Shown one piece after another: positions 37,714 through 50,102 of a stretch of 64,000 nucleotides of DNA. Position numbers and translations under genes: made by a program. The stretch covers positions 1 to 64,000 of the forward strand of contig JANNXA010000044.1 of the NCBI GenBank assembly GCA_031409275.1, read 5' to 3'. The stretch's first letter is position 1, and every line of letters begins with the position of its first letter. The notes below the pieces were generated by a model that saw nothing but the letters and a program-made list of their open reading frames with translations, ran no database searches and was not told the origin of the DNA. The DNA is from Planctomycetota bacterium (GTDB lineage Bacteria > Planctomycetota > B15-G4 > SIAN01).

Positions 37714-40356
37714 ATGCGACTCGTGCTGTTCCTCTGGTGCGCCACCGCCTTCGTCCTGATCGCGCCGATCGCCGCGTTGATCCTCGCACGCGCGACGCGG
37801 TTGGAGCTGCGCGTCGAGCGTGAGCGGCTCCGGGCAGTGACCGCACGCCTCGCGAAGCTCGAGGCGGCCGCGGCGGCCCGCGACGCGCAATCGCCGTCGA
37901 CGCCAGCGCTGCCAGAGCCGACGCTGCTGCGACCTTCACCGCCACCGCCCTCGCTGCCGCCGACGGCGACGCCCATTTCGATCGCACCGGCCGCTGCCGC
38001 CGATCGGCCGCTGCCGCGCTCGCTGCCGAATCCGCGACGCCGGCCGCAGCGCGCCGACGGCGACCTCGAGTACACGATCGCCTCGCGCGGCTACGTCTGG
38101 GTGGGCGGCATCGCGCTGGCGCTCGCCGGTTCGTTCTTCGTCAAGTACGCGGTCGACCACTTCCACTTCGGCCCCGCGCGACGCTGCCAGCTCGCGACCC
38201 TGTTCGGCCTGGTGCTGATCGCCCTCGCGGAGCGCTTCCGCAAATCGTCGGCGAACATCGCGCAATCGCTGTCGGGCGCCGGCGTCGCGGTCCTCTATGC
38301 CGCGCTGTACGCATCGGTCAGCCACTACCAGTTGCTCTCGCCGCTGGTCGGGCTGCTGCTGCTCGCCGTGACGACCGGTGGCGCGGTGGCCTTGTCGTTC
38401 CGGCACGGGGTCGCAGTCGCGGTCCTCGGAATGGTCGGCGGCTATGCGATGCCCGCGCTGCTCGGACCCGACGCGCTGCCCGCCGAGTTGCGATTCGTCT
38501 ACTTCGCTGCGCTGCACGGCGGGCTCTGCATCACGTCGACGCGCCGACGACCGCACGCCGTCGGGATGATCTCCCTGGCGGCGACTGCACTGTGGACCGC
38601 CTTTGAGCTGCATCCGCTGCGCGGCGACTTCGCGGCCGACGCCTTCGCCCTCTTCGCCCTCGTCGTCGGGGCGACCTCGTGCGCGAGCGGGCTCGCGGCC
38701 GCCGAGCGCGACCCATCGCAGCGGCTCGCACCCATCCCGACCGAGACCTTCTTCGGCGCCGCCCTCGCCGCGCTCCTCATCAGCGCGGGGCTCGATCGCG
38801 CCCACTATCCGCCGCACCTGTGGTGGTCGGTTGCGGCGATCGGCGGCGGCGGGATGGTGCTCGCCCGGCTTCGCACCGAGGCGATGGCCCTCCCGTGGAT
38901 GACCGCCACGGCGGGCGCCATCTCGTTGGCGATGTTCGCGCTGGCGCGAAGCGGGAACGCTGCCGTCAGCTGGATCGCCAGCGGCGGAGCGCTGCTCTAC
39001 GGGGTCGGCGGCTCGCTGGCTTCGTTCGGCGCGCGCCGACCGGCCTCGCTCGCGTGGGTCGCGGCGATCGCGCCGGCAGCGCTGCTCGGCATCGCGTGGT
39101 GGACTCGAGCGCCGGCACCGGCGTGGATGCCGTGGTGGACCGTGGCGCTCCTCTTCGGCGGGATGCACGCCGCGTTCGCGCACGCCCGGCTCCGCCGCCG
39201 CACGGAACCGACCGCGCGGGAAGCCGCGGTGCCGCACGTCGTCGCCGCGGCCGCGGCGATCGGCGCAGCGGTCGCGATGGCGTTCGACGACGAGCCGGTC
39301 GCCGTCGCCTTCGCGCTGCTCGCGCCACTCCTCGTCGCCGCGGCCCGTCGCCTCGATCTCGCGGAGCTGCGCGATGTCGCGGCCGTCGCGGCAGCGATCG
39401 GTTTCCTGCGCACGCTGCTGTGGGACAACCCGGCGGCGCGGCTGCTTCGCGGCGATCCTCCGCACTGGCCGTGGCTCGCGGCGACGGTTGGCGTCCCGAT
39501 CGCGGCCTTCGTCGCGGCGGCCTACCTGCTCCGCGTCGATGAGGCGCGCCACCCGAAGCGGCGCTACGTCCTCGCCGCCTCGCGCCTCGCCGTGCTGTTG
39601 GTCGGCCTCGCGTGCCGCTACGGCTGCGACCACAGGAACCTGTCGACGTTCGACGCGATCGAGGCCGGCCTGCTCGTCTCAGCGTGGCTCGTGCTGGCGA
39701 TCGGGTTCGCGGAATTCGTGCGGCGCGCGCCGGCGCTGATGCCGCGGATCGCGGGTCTGGGAACCGCCGCTCTTGCCGTCGGGGCGCTGCTCTTCGCTCA
39801 TCAGGCGGGCGCGAGTCCGTTCGATCGGCACGCCGGACTCGGCGAGACGCCGCTCGCCAATCCGTTGCTGCTCCTCTACGCGCTGCCGGCCGCGCTGCTG
39901 TGGGTCCTGGCGCATCGTTGGCGAAAGTCGGGCCAGTCGGACGCTGCGGCTGCGGCCGCCGGCGTCGCGATGCTCGTCGGGTGGTGGTGGGCGACCGTCG
40001 CGACGCGTCACGCCTTCGTCGGCGCACCGCTCGGCAGTGACTTCCCCGCCGGGCGCGAGCTCTACGCCTACTCGGCGGTGTGGATCGTCTACGCGGTGCT
40101 GCTGCTCGTCGCCGCCATCCGGACGCGGAGCCGCGCCGTGCGCGCCGCCTCGGCGATCGTCATGTTCGCCGCGGTCCTGAAGGTCTTCCTCGTCGATGCC
40201 GCCGGTCTGCGCGACCTGTGGCGCGTCGCCTCGTTCCTCGGACTCGGGATCGTGCTGATCGTGCTGGCGCGCGTCTATCAGCGGCTCGACTTCGGGCGTC
40301 CGATGCAGCCGCCTGCGCCACCAACGGACGGAGCGACGGCGCCGAAGCCACCGTGA
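37714..40356 (+). CDS. DUF2339 family integral membrane protein
   Basis: LE..IASRGYVWVGGIAL..AG.FFVKYA, YAALYA...YQLL, C-terminal YSAVW...LKVFLVDAAGLRDLWRVASFLGLG. Confidence 0.92.
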   Translation: MRLVLFLWCATAFVLIAPIAALILARATRLELRVERERLRAVTARLAKLEAAAAARDAQSPSTPALPEPTLLRPSPPPPSLPPTATPISIAPAAAADRPLPRSLPNPRRRPQRADGDLEYTIASRGYVWVGGIALALAGSFFVKYAVDHFHFGPARRCQLATLFGLVLIALAERFRKSSANIAQSLSGAGVAVLYAALYASVSHYQLLSPLVGLLLLAVTTGGAVALSFRHGVAVAVLGMVGGYAMPALLGPDALPAELRFVYFAALHGGLCITSTRRRPHAVGMISLAATALWTAFELHPLRGDFAADAFALFALVVGATSCASGLAAAERDPSQRLAPIPTETFFGAALAALLISAGLDRAHYPPHLWWSVAAIGGGGMVLARLRTEAMALPWMTATAGAISLAMFALARSGNAAVSWIASGGALLYGVGGSLASFGARRPASLAWVAAIAPAALLGIAWWTRAPAPAWMPWWTVALLFGGMHAAFAHARLRRRTEPTAREAAVPHVVAAAAAIGAAVAMAFDDEPVAVAFALLAPLLVAAARRLDLAELRDVAAVAAAIGFLRTLLWDNPAARLLRGDPPHWPWLAATVGVPIAAFVAAAYLLRVDEARHPKRRYVLAASRLAVLLVGLACRYGCDHRNLSTFDAIEAGLLVSAWLVLAIGFAEFVRRAPALMPRIAGLGTAALAVGALLFAHQAGASPFDRHAGLGETPLANPLLLLYALPAALLWVLAHRWRKSGQSDAAAAAAGVAMLVGWWWATVATRHAFVGAPLGSDFPAGRELYAYSAVWIVYAVLLLVAAIRTRSRAVRAASAIVMFAAVLKVFLVDAAGLRDLWRVASFLGLGIVLIVLARVYQRLDFGRPMQPPAPPTDGATAPKPP

Positions 40357-40394
40357 AGTCGGGCGAGCACGCCGACGGCGACGCGACGCGACGC

Positions 40395-41342
40395 TCAGCG
40401 CGTTCGCGCGGCGAGGCGGCCGACCTCGGCCAGCACTTCCTGGTCGGCGTCGCTCGGCCAGTCGCCGATGACGCCGGTGTCGTAGTAGACGGTGACGACC
40501 CACGGCGCGCGACCCGGCGGCTTGATCCAGACCACGTCGTTGCACTTGACGGTCACGTCGTCGCCGCCGCCCGTGCCGGTCTTGTCACCGGCGACCCACT
40601 CGCTCGGCAGTCCCCGGCGCACACGGTCGGCGCCGGTCGTCGTCGCGATCATCCACTCGCGCAGCGTCTGCCGCGCCGCGGGCGCAAGCGCGCCGCCGAG
40701 CAGCCGCGCGACCAACTGCGCCATCGCGCGCGGGGTCGTCGTGTCGCGCACGTCGCCCGCGCGGACGTCGTTCATCTCCGGCTCGTAGCGGTCGAGCCGC
40801 GTGGTCGCGTCGCCATGCGCACGGCAAAAGGCGATGAACGCTGGAGGTCCGCCAACGTCGCGCAGCAGCAGATTGGCGGCGCCGTTGTCGCTGGTCGTCT
40901 GCGCTGCCTCGGCCAGCTCGGCGAGCGTCAACTCCGCCGCCGATTCGCCGCGCGCGGCGGCCGCATCGACGGCGGCTTGCGTGACCGGCGAATGCCCCAC
41001 CAGGTCGGCGGGTCCGACGCGCAGCCGCGTCTCGAGCGGCCGGCCACCGAGCGCTGCGCGGTCGAGGACCATCGCCGCTAGCACGAGTTTGAACGTCGAG
41101 CACATCGAGAAGCGCTCGTCGAGGCGATGGCCGCGAAGCGTGCCGTCGCCGGTGTCGAGCAGCGCGACCCCGAGCCGGCCGCCGCCTTCGAGTCGAGCGA
41201 GCGCGCGCTCGAGGTCGGTCGCGCTCGCGCCGTTCCGGTCGCTCGTGCCGATCGGATCGCTCTCGAAGGCGCGACAGCTCGCCAGTGCGGCCCCGGCCAG
41301 GAAGAGCAGGAAGTTGCGGCGGTCGACGTTCGCGCGGTTCAT
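40395..41342 (-). CDS. bla: Class A beta-lactamase with Tat-lipoprotein signal
   Basis: RRNFL...ALASC; RFSMCSTFK, SDN, RLDRYEPEMN, DTTTP, DKTGT. Confidence 0.95.
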   Translation of the reverse strand: MNRANVDRRNFLLFLAGAALASCRAFESDPIGTSDRNGASATDLERALARLEGGGRLGVALLDTGDGTLRGHRLDERFSMCSTFKLVLAAMVLDRAALGGRPLETRLRVGPADLVGHSPVTQAAVDAAAARGESAAELTLAELAEAAQTTSDNGAANLLLRDVGGPPAFIAFCRAHGDATTRLDRYEPEMNDVRAGDVRDTTTPRAMAQLVARLLGGALAPAARQTLREWMIATTTGADRVRRGLPSEWVAGDKTGTGGGDDVTVKCNDVVWIKPPGRAPWVVTVYYDTGVIGDWPSDADQEVLAEVGRLAARTR

Positions 41343-41467
41343 CGCGGCGAACGCTACGGCCGCCGCGCGTGCGTGTCGAGCGGCGGCGACGCGTGGAACA
41401 GGCGCGGCGCATCGCTCATGATCGCGTGCGAGTTCGACGAACCGTTCTTCGACGAGGCGAGCAGACG

Positions 41468-42316
41468 ATGGCGCTCCCGCTCTACGTGGTCGATGCATTC
41501 GCAGCGGAGCCGTACACCGGCGGGCCGGCCGGCGTGGTGCTGCTCGATCGACCGGCCGACGCGCGCTGGATGCAGCTCGTCGCGCGCGAGGTGAACCACG
41601 CCGAGACCGCTTTCGTCCATCCGGAGACGACGGCGGGCGGCGCCGCGTGGCGCCTGCGCTGGTTCACGCCGACTGTCGAAGTCGACCTCTGCGGCCACGC
41701 GACGCTCGCCGCCGCCCACGTCCTCTGGCAGAGCGGCCGAGTCGCCCCCACGTCGGCCGCGCGCTTCCTCACTCGCAGCGGCGAGCTGACGGCGCGGCGC
41801 GGCGACGCCGACGGTGCGATCGAGCTCGACTTCCCCGCGGAGCTGGCGCGCGAGGAGACGCCGCCCGCCGCGCTGCTACTCGCGCTGCGACTGCCGACAC
41901 CGCCGCGCTTCGTTGGCCGCAACCGCATGGACTGGCTGGTCGAGCTCGCCGAGCCCGACGCCGAAGCGACGCTGCGCGCGCTCGAGCCCGACCTCGCGCT
42001 GCTCGCGACGATCCCGACGCGCGGCGTGATCGTCACGTGCGCCGCGGCGCGCCAAGGGCCGATCGACTTCGTCTCGCGCTTCTTCGCCCCCGCCGCTGGC
42101 GTCCCCGAGGATCCGGTCACCGGCTCCGCCCACTGCGCGCTCGCCCCTCACTGGGCCGCGCGGTTGGGCCGCTCGACCCTCACCGGCTTCCAGGCGAGCG
42201 CGCGCGGCGGCACCGTCGGCGTCGAGCACCGCGGCGCGCGCGTCCTCCTGCGCGGCCGCGCCATCACGACGGTGAAGGGCGAGCTGCTGGCGGAGGAGTC
42301 GCGGGCGCCGGCGTGA
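41468..42316 (+). CDS. PhzF family epimerase/isomerase
   Basis: VDAF, ETAFV, LRWFTPTVEVDLCGHATLA, EDPVTGSAHC. Confidence 0.95.
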   Translation: MALPLYVVDAFAAEPYTGGPAGVVLLDRPADARWMQLVAREVNHAETAFVHPETTAGGAAWRLRWFTPTVEVDLCGHATLAAAHVLWQSGRVAPTSAARFLTRSGELTARRGDADGAIELDFPAELAREETPPAALLLALRLPTPPRFVGRNRMDWLVELAEPDAEATLRALEPDLALLATIPTRGVIVTCAAARQGPIDFVSRFFAPAAGVPEDPVTGSAHCALAPHWAARLGRSTLTGFQASARGGTVGVEHRGARVLLRGRAITTVKGELLAEESRAPA

Positions 42317-42376
42317 TGCAGCCTCCGCGCTCGCCGCGCCGGCGGTGGCTGGTCCACCGCCGCCGACGCCGGTCGC

Positions 42377-44947
<2,571 letters not shown>

Positions 44948-45007
44948 CGGTGAAAGCGAGCGGGGAGAGCCGCGCGCCGGATGGCGCGTGGCGAGAAGAG
45001 GTCGTGC

Positions 45008-45418
45008 TCAGTCGGGGTAGACGAAGGTGACCGGCCGTTCGATCGCCGGATTCACGCTGAGATGCACCGGGCAGGTGAGCGCCGCGTGCTCCAGCGCTGC
45101 GCGCGCCTCCTTCGGGAGGCCGGCGGGCAGTTCGAGGCGGATCGGCAGGCGGCCGATGCGTCGCTGCGGATCAGCGACCATCTCCTTCACGACGTGGCCG
45201 CGCGCACCTTCGAGCTTCCAGCCGTGGCGCTTCGCCACGATCCCCATGATCGAGAGCATGCAGGTGACGAGCGCCGTCGCCACGAGGTCGGTGGGCGAGA
45301 AGCTCTCCCCCAACCCTTGGTTGTCCTTCGGCGCATCGGTCGTGAGCTGCGTCCCCGACGGCCCATGCGTCGCCGTGCAACGCAGCCCGCCGACGTAGTC
45401 GACCTTGATCTCGACCAT
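45008..45418 (-). CDS. OsmC family protein
   Basis: TDAPKDNQGLGESFSPTDLVATALVTC, TCPVHLS. Confidence 0.95.
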   Translation of the reverse strand: MVEIKVDYVGGLRCTATHGPSGTQLTTDAPKDNQGLGESFSPTDLVATALVTCMLSIMGIVAKRHGWKLEGARGHVVKEMVADPQRRIGRLPIRLELPAGLPKEARAALEHAALTCPVHLSVNPAIERPVTFVYPD

Positions 45419-45639
45419 GAACGCTTCTCACCCACGATGCCCCCGCTCGCCACGAATCGGGGCGCATGGGGAAGGCGGCGGAGGATAGCGGGACCCGAGG
45501 GCAAGCGGGGAGTGGGGAGGGCGAGGGGCGGGAGGTCACCCTTTCGCGATTGGTGACGTCTAGCGGTGACGAGGGGGAAGTCGATGCGCTTGACGATCGC
45601 TTCGGCCGCCGGCCCTCGACACGATCGGGTTCTATCGCC

Positions 45640-47133
45640 GTGACCTCGCCACTCCGGTTGCTGCTCGATACGAACGTGCTCATCCCTCTCGAGCCGACGA
45701 CGCTCGAGGCGGTGGAGGAGCTCTCCCGACCTGCGCTCGACTTCGTTCGTCGCGCCCAAGCGGGCGGCGCGAAGCTGCTGCTGCATCCCGCTCAACGCCG
45801 CGACCTCGCTCGCGATCCGGTGCGCGATCGACGCCTTCTCCGACAGCTCCAGTTGCGCCGCTACAGCGAGCTCGAGCATCCGCCGGGGATCCCCGCCACG
45901 GTGACGGCCGCATGCGGCGTCGCGCCGGTCGACTCGAACGACTGGGTCGATCATCTGTTGCTCGCGGCGGTGGTGCACAACGCGGTCGACTTCCTCGTGA
46001 CCGAGGATCGCGGCATCCACGCCAAGGCCCGGCGCCTTGCCGTCGCCGATCGGGTCCTCGGAATCGACGACGCCGCCGCTCTCCATCCTCCGGCCGAGAC
46101 GTTGCCCGGTCGCTTGCCGACGAGCGTCCGGCAGACCGTCGCGCACGAGCTCTCGATCGACGATCCGATCCTCGAGTCGTTTCGCCGGGACTACCCCAAG
46201 TTCGATTCCTGGTGGGCGAACTGCCAGAAGGAAGCGCGCACCACCTTCGTCATCGACGGCGACCAGCACGGGGTCGCCGGAATGGCCGTCGTGCACCCCG
46301 AGAGCGATTCACCGGGTGGCGTGACCGGCAGGCTGCTGAAGCTCTGCAGCTTCAAGATCAGCGAGCGATTCTCCGGACGAAGGCTCGGCGAGCTGCTGCT
46401 GAAGTCCGTCCTGCGCCATGCCCAAGAGCGGGATTTCGATCACTGCTTCGTCACCGTTTTCCCGAAGCACGCCGGCCTCATCGCGCTGTTCGAGGACTTC
46501 GGTTTCGAGGAACGCGGGGATTGGGGTGAACGCGGAGAGAAGTGGTTTGTGAAGCCGCTACGGGAAAACGCGGTGCCGCGGGACCGGCTGGAGGCCCTGA
46601 GCGCCTCCGACTTCCACGTCTTGCTCGGCCCCGACCATTTCCGCCGCGACGTGAAGTGGTACCTCGTGCCGATCCAGCCGCGCTACTCCGACATCCTGCT
46701 GCAGGAGACCGCCGCACAGGGGGCGCTGTTCGCCACGCAACTTCCGTTCGGCAATGCGCTGCGGAAGGCGTACCTCTGCAATGCACAGATCAAGTCGCTC
46801 GAGCCTGGCGACGTGCTCGCGTTCTATCGGAGCGGCTCACGACAAGGAGTGATCGCGCTCGGTGTTCTCGAACGATCGATCAGGACGGCGTCAACGGAGG
46901 TGATCCACCAACTCGTCGCTCGTCGAACGGTCTACTCCGCGGAGGAGATCGAGGCGAGGCCCGTGAAGCCGGTCCTCGTGCTGCTCTTCCGCCACGCGCA
47001 CACGTTCCATCCCGAGCTACCGGCCGACAAGGCAAAGGAAGCCAAGTTGTTCCGCTCCGCGCCGCAGTCCATCATGCGCCTCGGCGCGGAGGGGGTCCGA
47101 TGGATCGTCGAGCAGATGGCGAAGTTGCGCTGA
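45640..47133 (+). CDS. PIN-GNAT-EVE/PUA-like fusion protein
   Basis: PIN: LLLDTNVLI...DWVDHLLL...FLVTEDRGI. GNAT: LKLCSFKISERFSGRRLGELLL...FEDFGF. PUA-like: VPIQPRY...KAYLC...PGDVLAFYRS. Start uncertain. Confidence 0.85.
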   Translation: MTSPLRLLLDTNVLIPLEPTTLEAVEELSRPALDFVRRAQAGGAKLLLHPAQRRDLARDPVRDRRLLRQLQLRRYSELEHPPGIPATVTAACGVAPVDSNDWVDHLLLAAVVHNAVDFLVTEDRGIHAKARRLAVADRVLGIDDAAALHPPAETLPGRLPTSVRQTVAHELSIDDPILESFRRDYPKFDSWWANCQKEARTTFVIDGDQHGVAGMAVVHPESDSPGGVTGRLLKLCSFKISERFSGRRLGELLLKSVLRHAQERDFDHCFVTVFPKHAGLIALFEDFGFEERGDWGERGEKWFVKPLRENAVPRDRLEALSASDFHVLLGPDHFRRDVKWYLVPIQPRYSDILLQETAAQGALFATQLPFGNALRKAYLCNAQIKSLEPGDVLAFYRSGSRQGVIALGVLERSIRTASTEVIHQLVARRTVYSAEEIEARPVKPVLVLLFRHAHTFHPELPADKAKEAKLFRSAPQSIMRLGAEGVRWIVEQMAKLR

Positions 47134-47552
47134 TCTCGGTCAAGCCCGAGTACGCCGAGCGGATCCTCGCGGGCAGCAAACAGGTCGAGTTCCGGCGCGC
47201 GGCGTTCGCCCGGAAGGTGACGCACCTCGTGCTCTACGCGACGAAGCCGACCGGTCGACTCGTCGCGCTCTGCGAGGTGTCGAGGGTGCATCGCGGCGCG
47301 CCCGCGGAGCTGTGGAAGAGCTTCGGTTCGGTCGGCGGGATCGGCGCCGATCGCTACTGGGCCTACTACCGCGGCGCGCCCCGCGCAGTGGCGATCGGCA
47401 TCGCTTCCGTGCGGCGTCTCGCGGAGGGGCTCACGCTGCGCGATCTCGGCATCGTCGGGCCGCCACCACAGAGCTACCGCTACGTCGATCGCGCACGAGC
47501 GGAACGGCTGCTGACGACCCCACCCAGGACCGGAGCGGTCGAAGGACGGTGA
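47100..47552 (+). CDS. ASCH domain protein
   Basis: LISVKPEYAERILAGSKQVEFRR (GxKxxExR), YATKP.G, PPQSYRY. Overlaps the upstream gene by 34 nt. Confidence 0.9.
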   Translation: MDRRADGEVALISVKPEYAERILAGSKQVEFRRAAFARKVTHLVLYATKPTGRLVALCEVSRVHRGAPAELWKSFGSVGGIGADRYWAYYRGAPRAVAIGIASVRRLAEGLTLRDLGIVGPPPQSYRYVDRARAERLLTTPPRTGAVEGR

Positions 47553-47653
47553 CTTCCCGACGGCCGCGCGATGCGCGCGTGGCGGTAGCGTGACGACCAC
47601 CGTGCGCCCCACTGCGTTACGCCGCTTCGCTTCGTCCTGAGGAGCCCCTGCTG

Positions 47654-48454
47654 ATGCCCGACCGCCGCGCCTTCTCCGTCGCGATCTTCGCGCGCCATCG
47701 CGGACGAGTACTGCTGATCCATCACAAGCGGCTCGCGACGTGGCTGCCGGTCGGCGGTGAGGTCGAGGCGGGGGAGACGCCGCTCGAGGCGGCGCGGCGC
47801 GAGCTGCGTGAAGAGACGGGGCTTGAAGGCGAGTTCGTCGAGGCGACCGGCACGACGCGCGTGACCGGCACGCCAGCCGGTCTGCTCGCCTACGAGGAGC
47901 ACGCGGCGGGCAGCAAGGGGCTGCATATGAACTTCTGTTTCGTCGCCGACGTCGCGAGCGAGCGGATCGTCAGCGACGACTCGTTCGGCGACCATCGCTG
48001 GGTCGACTCAACCGCGGGGATCGATTGCCCGCCGAACGTGCGCGAGCTGGTGACGATGGCGCTCGCAGCGCCGACAACCGCGAGCGCGGAGGGTCGCGCT
48101 TCGCTGGTCGCGCTCACTCGCGCCTGGCTCGCCGCGTTCAACGCGCGGCAGCTCGAACCGCTGCTGGCGCTGTACGACAACGACGCACGCCACTTCAGCC
48201 CGAAGCTGCTGGCGCGCCGGCCCGAGACGAAGGGGCTGGTCGTCGGCAAGCAGGCGCTGCGCGATTGGTGGGCCGACTGTTTCGAGCGACTGCCCGGTCT
48301 CCACTACCAGGAACGAACCATTGCAACGTCGACCGACGGCCGCGTGCTTCTCGAGTACGAGCGGACGGCGCCGGGCGAGGCGCCGCTGGCGGTCGCCGAG
48401 GCCTTCACGGTGAGGGCGGGTCGCATCGTCGAATCGCGCGTCTACCACGGCTGA
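47654..48454 (+). CDS. NUDIX hydrolase fused to SnoaL-like/NTF2 domain
   Basis: Nudix box GGEVEAGETPLEAARRELREETG; WLAAFNARQLEPLLALYDNDARHFSPKL...IVESRVYHG. Confidence 0.9.
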   Translation: MPDRRAFSVAIFARHRGRVLLIHHKRLATWLPVGGEVEAGETPLEAARRELREETGLEGEFVEATGTTRVTGTPAGLLAYEEHAAGSKGLHMNFCFVADVASERIVSDDSFGDHRWVDSTAGIDCPPNVRELVTMALAAPTTASAEGRASLVALTRAWLAAFNARQLEPLLALYDNDARHFSPKLLARRPETKGLVVGKQALRDWWADCFERLPGLHYQERTIATSTDGRVLLEYERTAPGEAPLAVAEAFTVRAGRIVESRVYHG

Positions 48455-48491
48455 TCCGCAGCGGACGATGTCACATCGTTACGCTCGCGAC

Positions 48492-49355
48492 ATGGTTCGC
48501 TTCGCCGTCGCTCTCGTCACCTCGCTGCTGCTGATCCGTTGCAGCGGCTCCACCGCCAGCTCGGCCGCTGGCTCGGCGGCACCCACGACCATCGAGTTTC
48601 GGGTGATGAGCTGCAACGTCCGCTACGGCACCGCCGACGACGGACCCGACGCGTGGCCGCTGCGCTGCGAAGCGCTGGCCGATGCCATCACCGCCACCGC
48701 GCCCGACGTGCTCGGCGTGCAGGAGGCGCTCGACTTCCAGGTCGAGTTCCTGGCGCGACGACTGCCCCACCATCGCCGCGTCGGGCAAGGGCGTGACGGC
48801 GGCGCGCTCGGCGAGCACGCGGCGCTCTTCCTCGATGAACGCCTCTTCGAACTGCGCGACCACGGCGACTTCTGGTGGAGCGAGACGCCCGACGTGGTCG
48901 CGTCGGTCGGCTGGGACGCGGCGCTGACGCGGATCTGCACGTGGGCGCGTCTGCGCGTGCGTGCGACCGGTCGCGAACTCCACGTCTGGAACACCCACTT
49001 CGACCACCGCGGCGAGCAGGCGCGACTCGAGAGCGCGCGCCTCATCGCGCGCCGGATCGCAGCGACCGCGGGTCCGCACCTCGTGCTGGGCGATCTCAAC
49101 TGCGGCGAGACGAGCGCACCGCTCGCCGCGCTGCGAGCGGCCGGCCTGCGCGACACCTTCCGCGATCGCCACCCCGACACGACCGTCGTCGGCACGTTCC
49201 ACGCGTTCCGCGGCACCACCACCGGCGACAAGATCGACTACGTGCTGGTCGATCGCGGCTTCGAGACGCTCGCCGCCGAACTGCTCACCGCCCCCGCCGC
49301 GAACGGCCGCTGGCCGAGTGACCACCACTTCGTCACGGCGACGCTGCGCTGCTGA
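48492..49355 (+). CDS. Endonuclease/exonuclease/phosphatase (EEP) family lipoprotein
   Basis: MSCNVRY, DVLGVQE, NTHFDH, GDLN, KIDY, SDH. Confidence 0.93.
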   Translation: MVRFAVALVTSLLLIRCSGSTASSAAGSAAPTTIEFRVMSCNVRYGTADDGPDAWPLRCEALADAITATAPDVLGVQEALDFQVEFLARRLPHHRRVGQGRDGGALGEHAALFLDERLFELRDHGDFWWSETPDVVASVGWDAALTRICTWARLRVRATGRELHVWNTHFDHRGEQARLESARLIARRIAATAGPHLVLGDLNCGETSAPLAALRAAGLRDTFRDRHPDTTVVGTFHAFRGTTTGDKIDYVLVDRGFETLAAELLTAPAANGRWPSDHHFVTATLRC

Positions 49356-49382
49356 CGCGACGCGACGGCGCGCTCCGACTCG

Positions 49383-49976
49383 CTACGAACTCGCCGGCTC
49401 GAGCCGCTGCGGGACGCCCGCGTCGTCGAGGACCAGGATGCGCGTCGACGGCGGGAGGTCGCGTCCGGAGAAGGCGCGCACGACGCGGAAGCGGTGGGCG
49501 TCGCGGCGGTCGGGCTCGACGGTCAGCAGCGGATCGTGATCGGCGCCCAAGAGCGCGCGCACGTCGGCTGCGCTGCGCAGCGCGAGCCGCTCGGCGGCCG
49601 CGAAGGCGACGAGATCGTCGGGAAGGAAGAGGTCGTAGAGGTGCGCGTCGCCGACGCGCGCGAGGAGGTAGCGATCCTCGAGCAGGGCGCCCGCGGCGTC
49701 GGGGTGGTTCGGATCGCAGACGGCGTGGAAATGGAAGAGGGTGACGCCTTCGGGCACCGCGACGCGCGCGCGCAGGAAGTCGAGCCTCGGCGAGCGCTCC
49801 TCCGACCAGCCGACGCAGCGCGTGTAGTGCGGCCGCTTGGCCCACTCGGCGAGCGTGCGACACGCGTCGATGAAGCGGTCGCTCACGGGCCGCGCTGGCG
49901 CGGGCTCTTGCGCACCCGGCCGGCTGCAGGCGGCGAACACCAGGAGCAGCATCAACTGCATCAAGAGCCTCGGCAT
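49383..49976 (-). CDS. Hypothetical lipoprotein
   Basis: Lipobox FAAC and GGAG RBS. Confidence 0.65.
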   Translation of the reverse strand: MPRLLMQLMLLLVFAACSRPGAQEPAPARPVSDRFIDACRTLAEWAKRPHYTRCVGWSEERSPRLDFLRARVAVPEGVTLFHFHAVCDPNHPDAAGALLEDRYLLARVGDAHLYDLFLPDDLVAFAAAERLALRSAADVRALLGADHDPLLTVEPDRRDAHRFRVVRAFSGRDLPPSTRILVLDDAGVPQRLEPASS

Positions 49977-50102
49977 GGTGGCGCTCCGGCGCGGGGCAAA
50001 GCAGCGACGGCGTCCATCTTCGGCGCGACGGGGTGCGACCGCTGTATCGGCAACGTATCGAAACCGCCGGCGCAGGGCAGCGCGCGAGCTCGCGCCGCTC
50101 GC

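Noticed and set aside
40530..41110. Possible KPC-type carbapenemase (Cys69 present)
   Set aside because: The residue after KTGT is Gly, not the partner Cys238, so the hallmark disulfide is not supported.
41468..42316. Phenazine biosynthesis cluster
   Set aside because: Isolated PhzF-family gene with no other phz genes.
45529..47559. 12-bp inverted repeat (cgggaggtcacc / ggtgacttcccg, 11/12) flanking the PIN-GNAT/ASCH module
   Set aside because: Short, GC-rich, with no target duplication or recombinase; compatible with chance.
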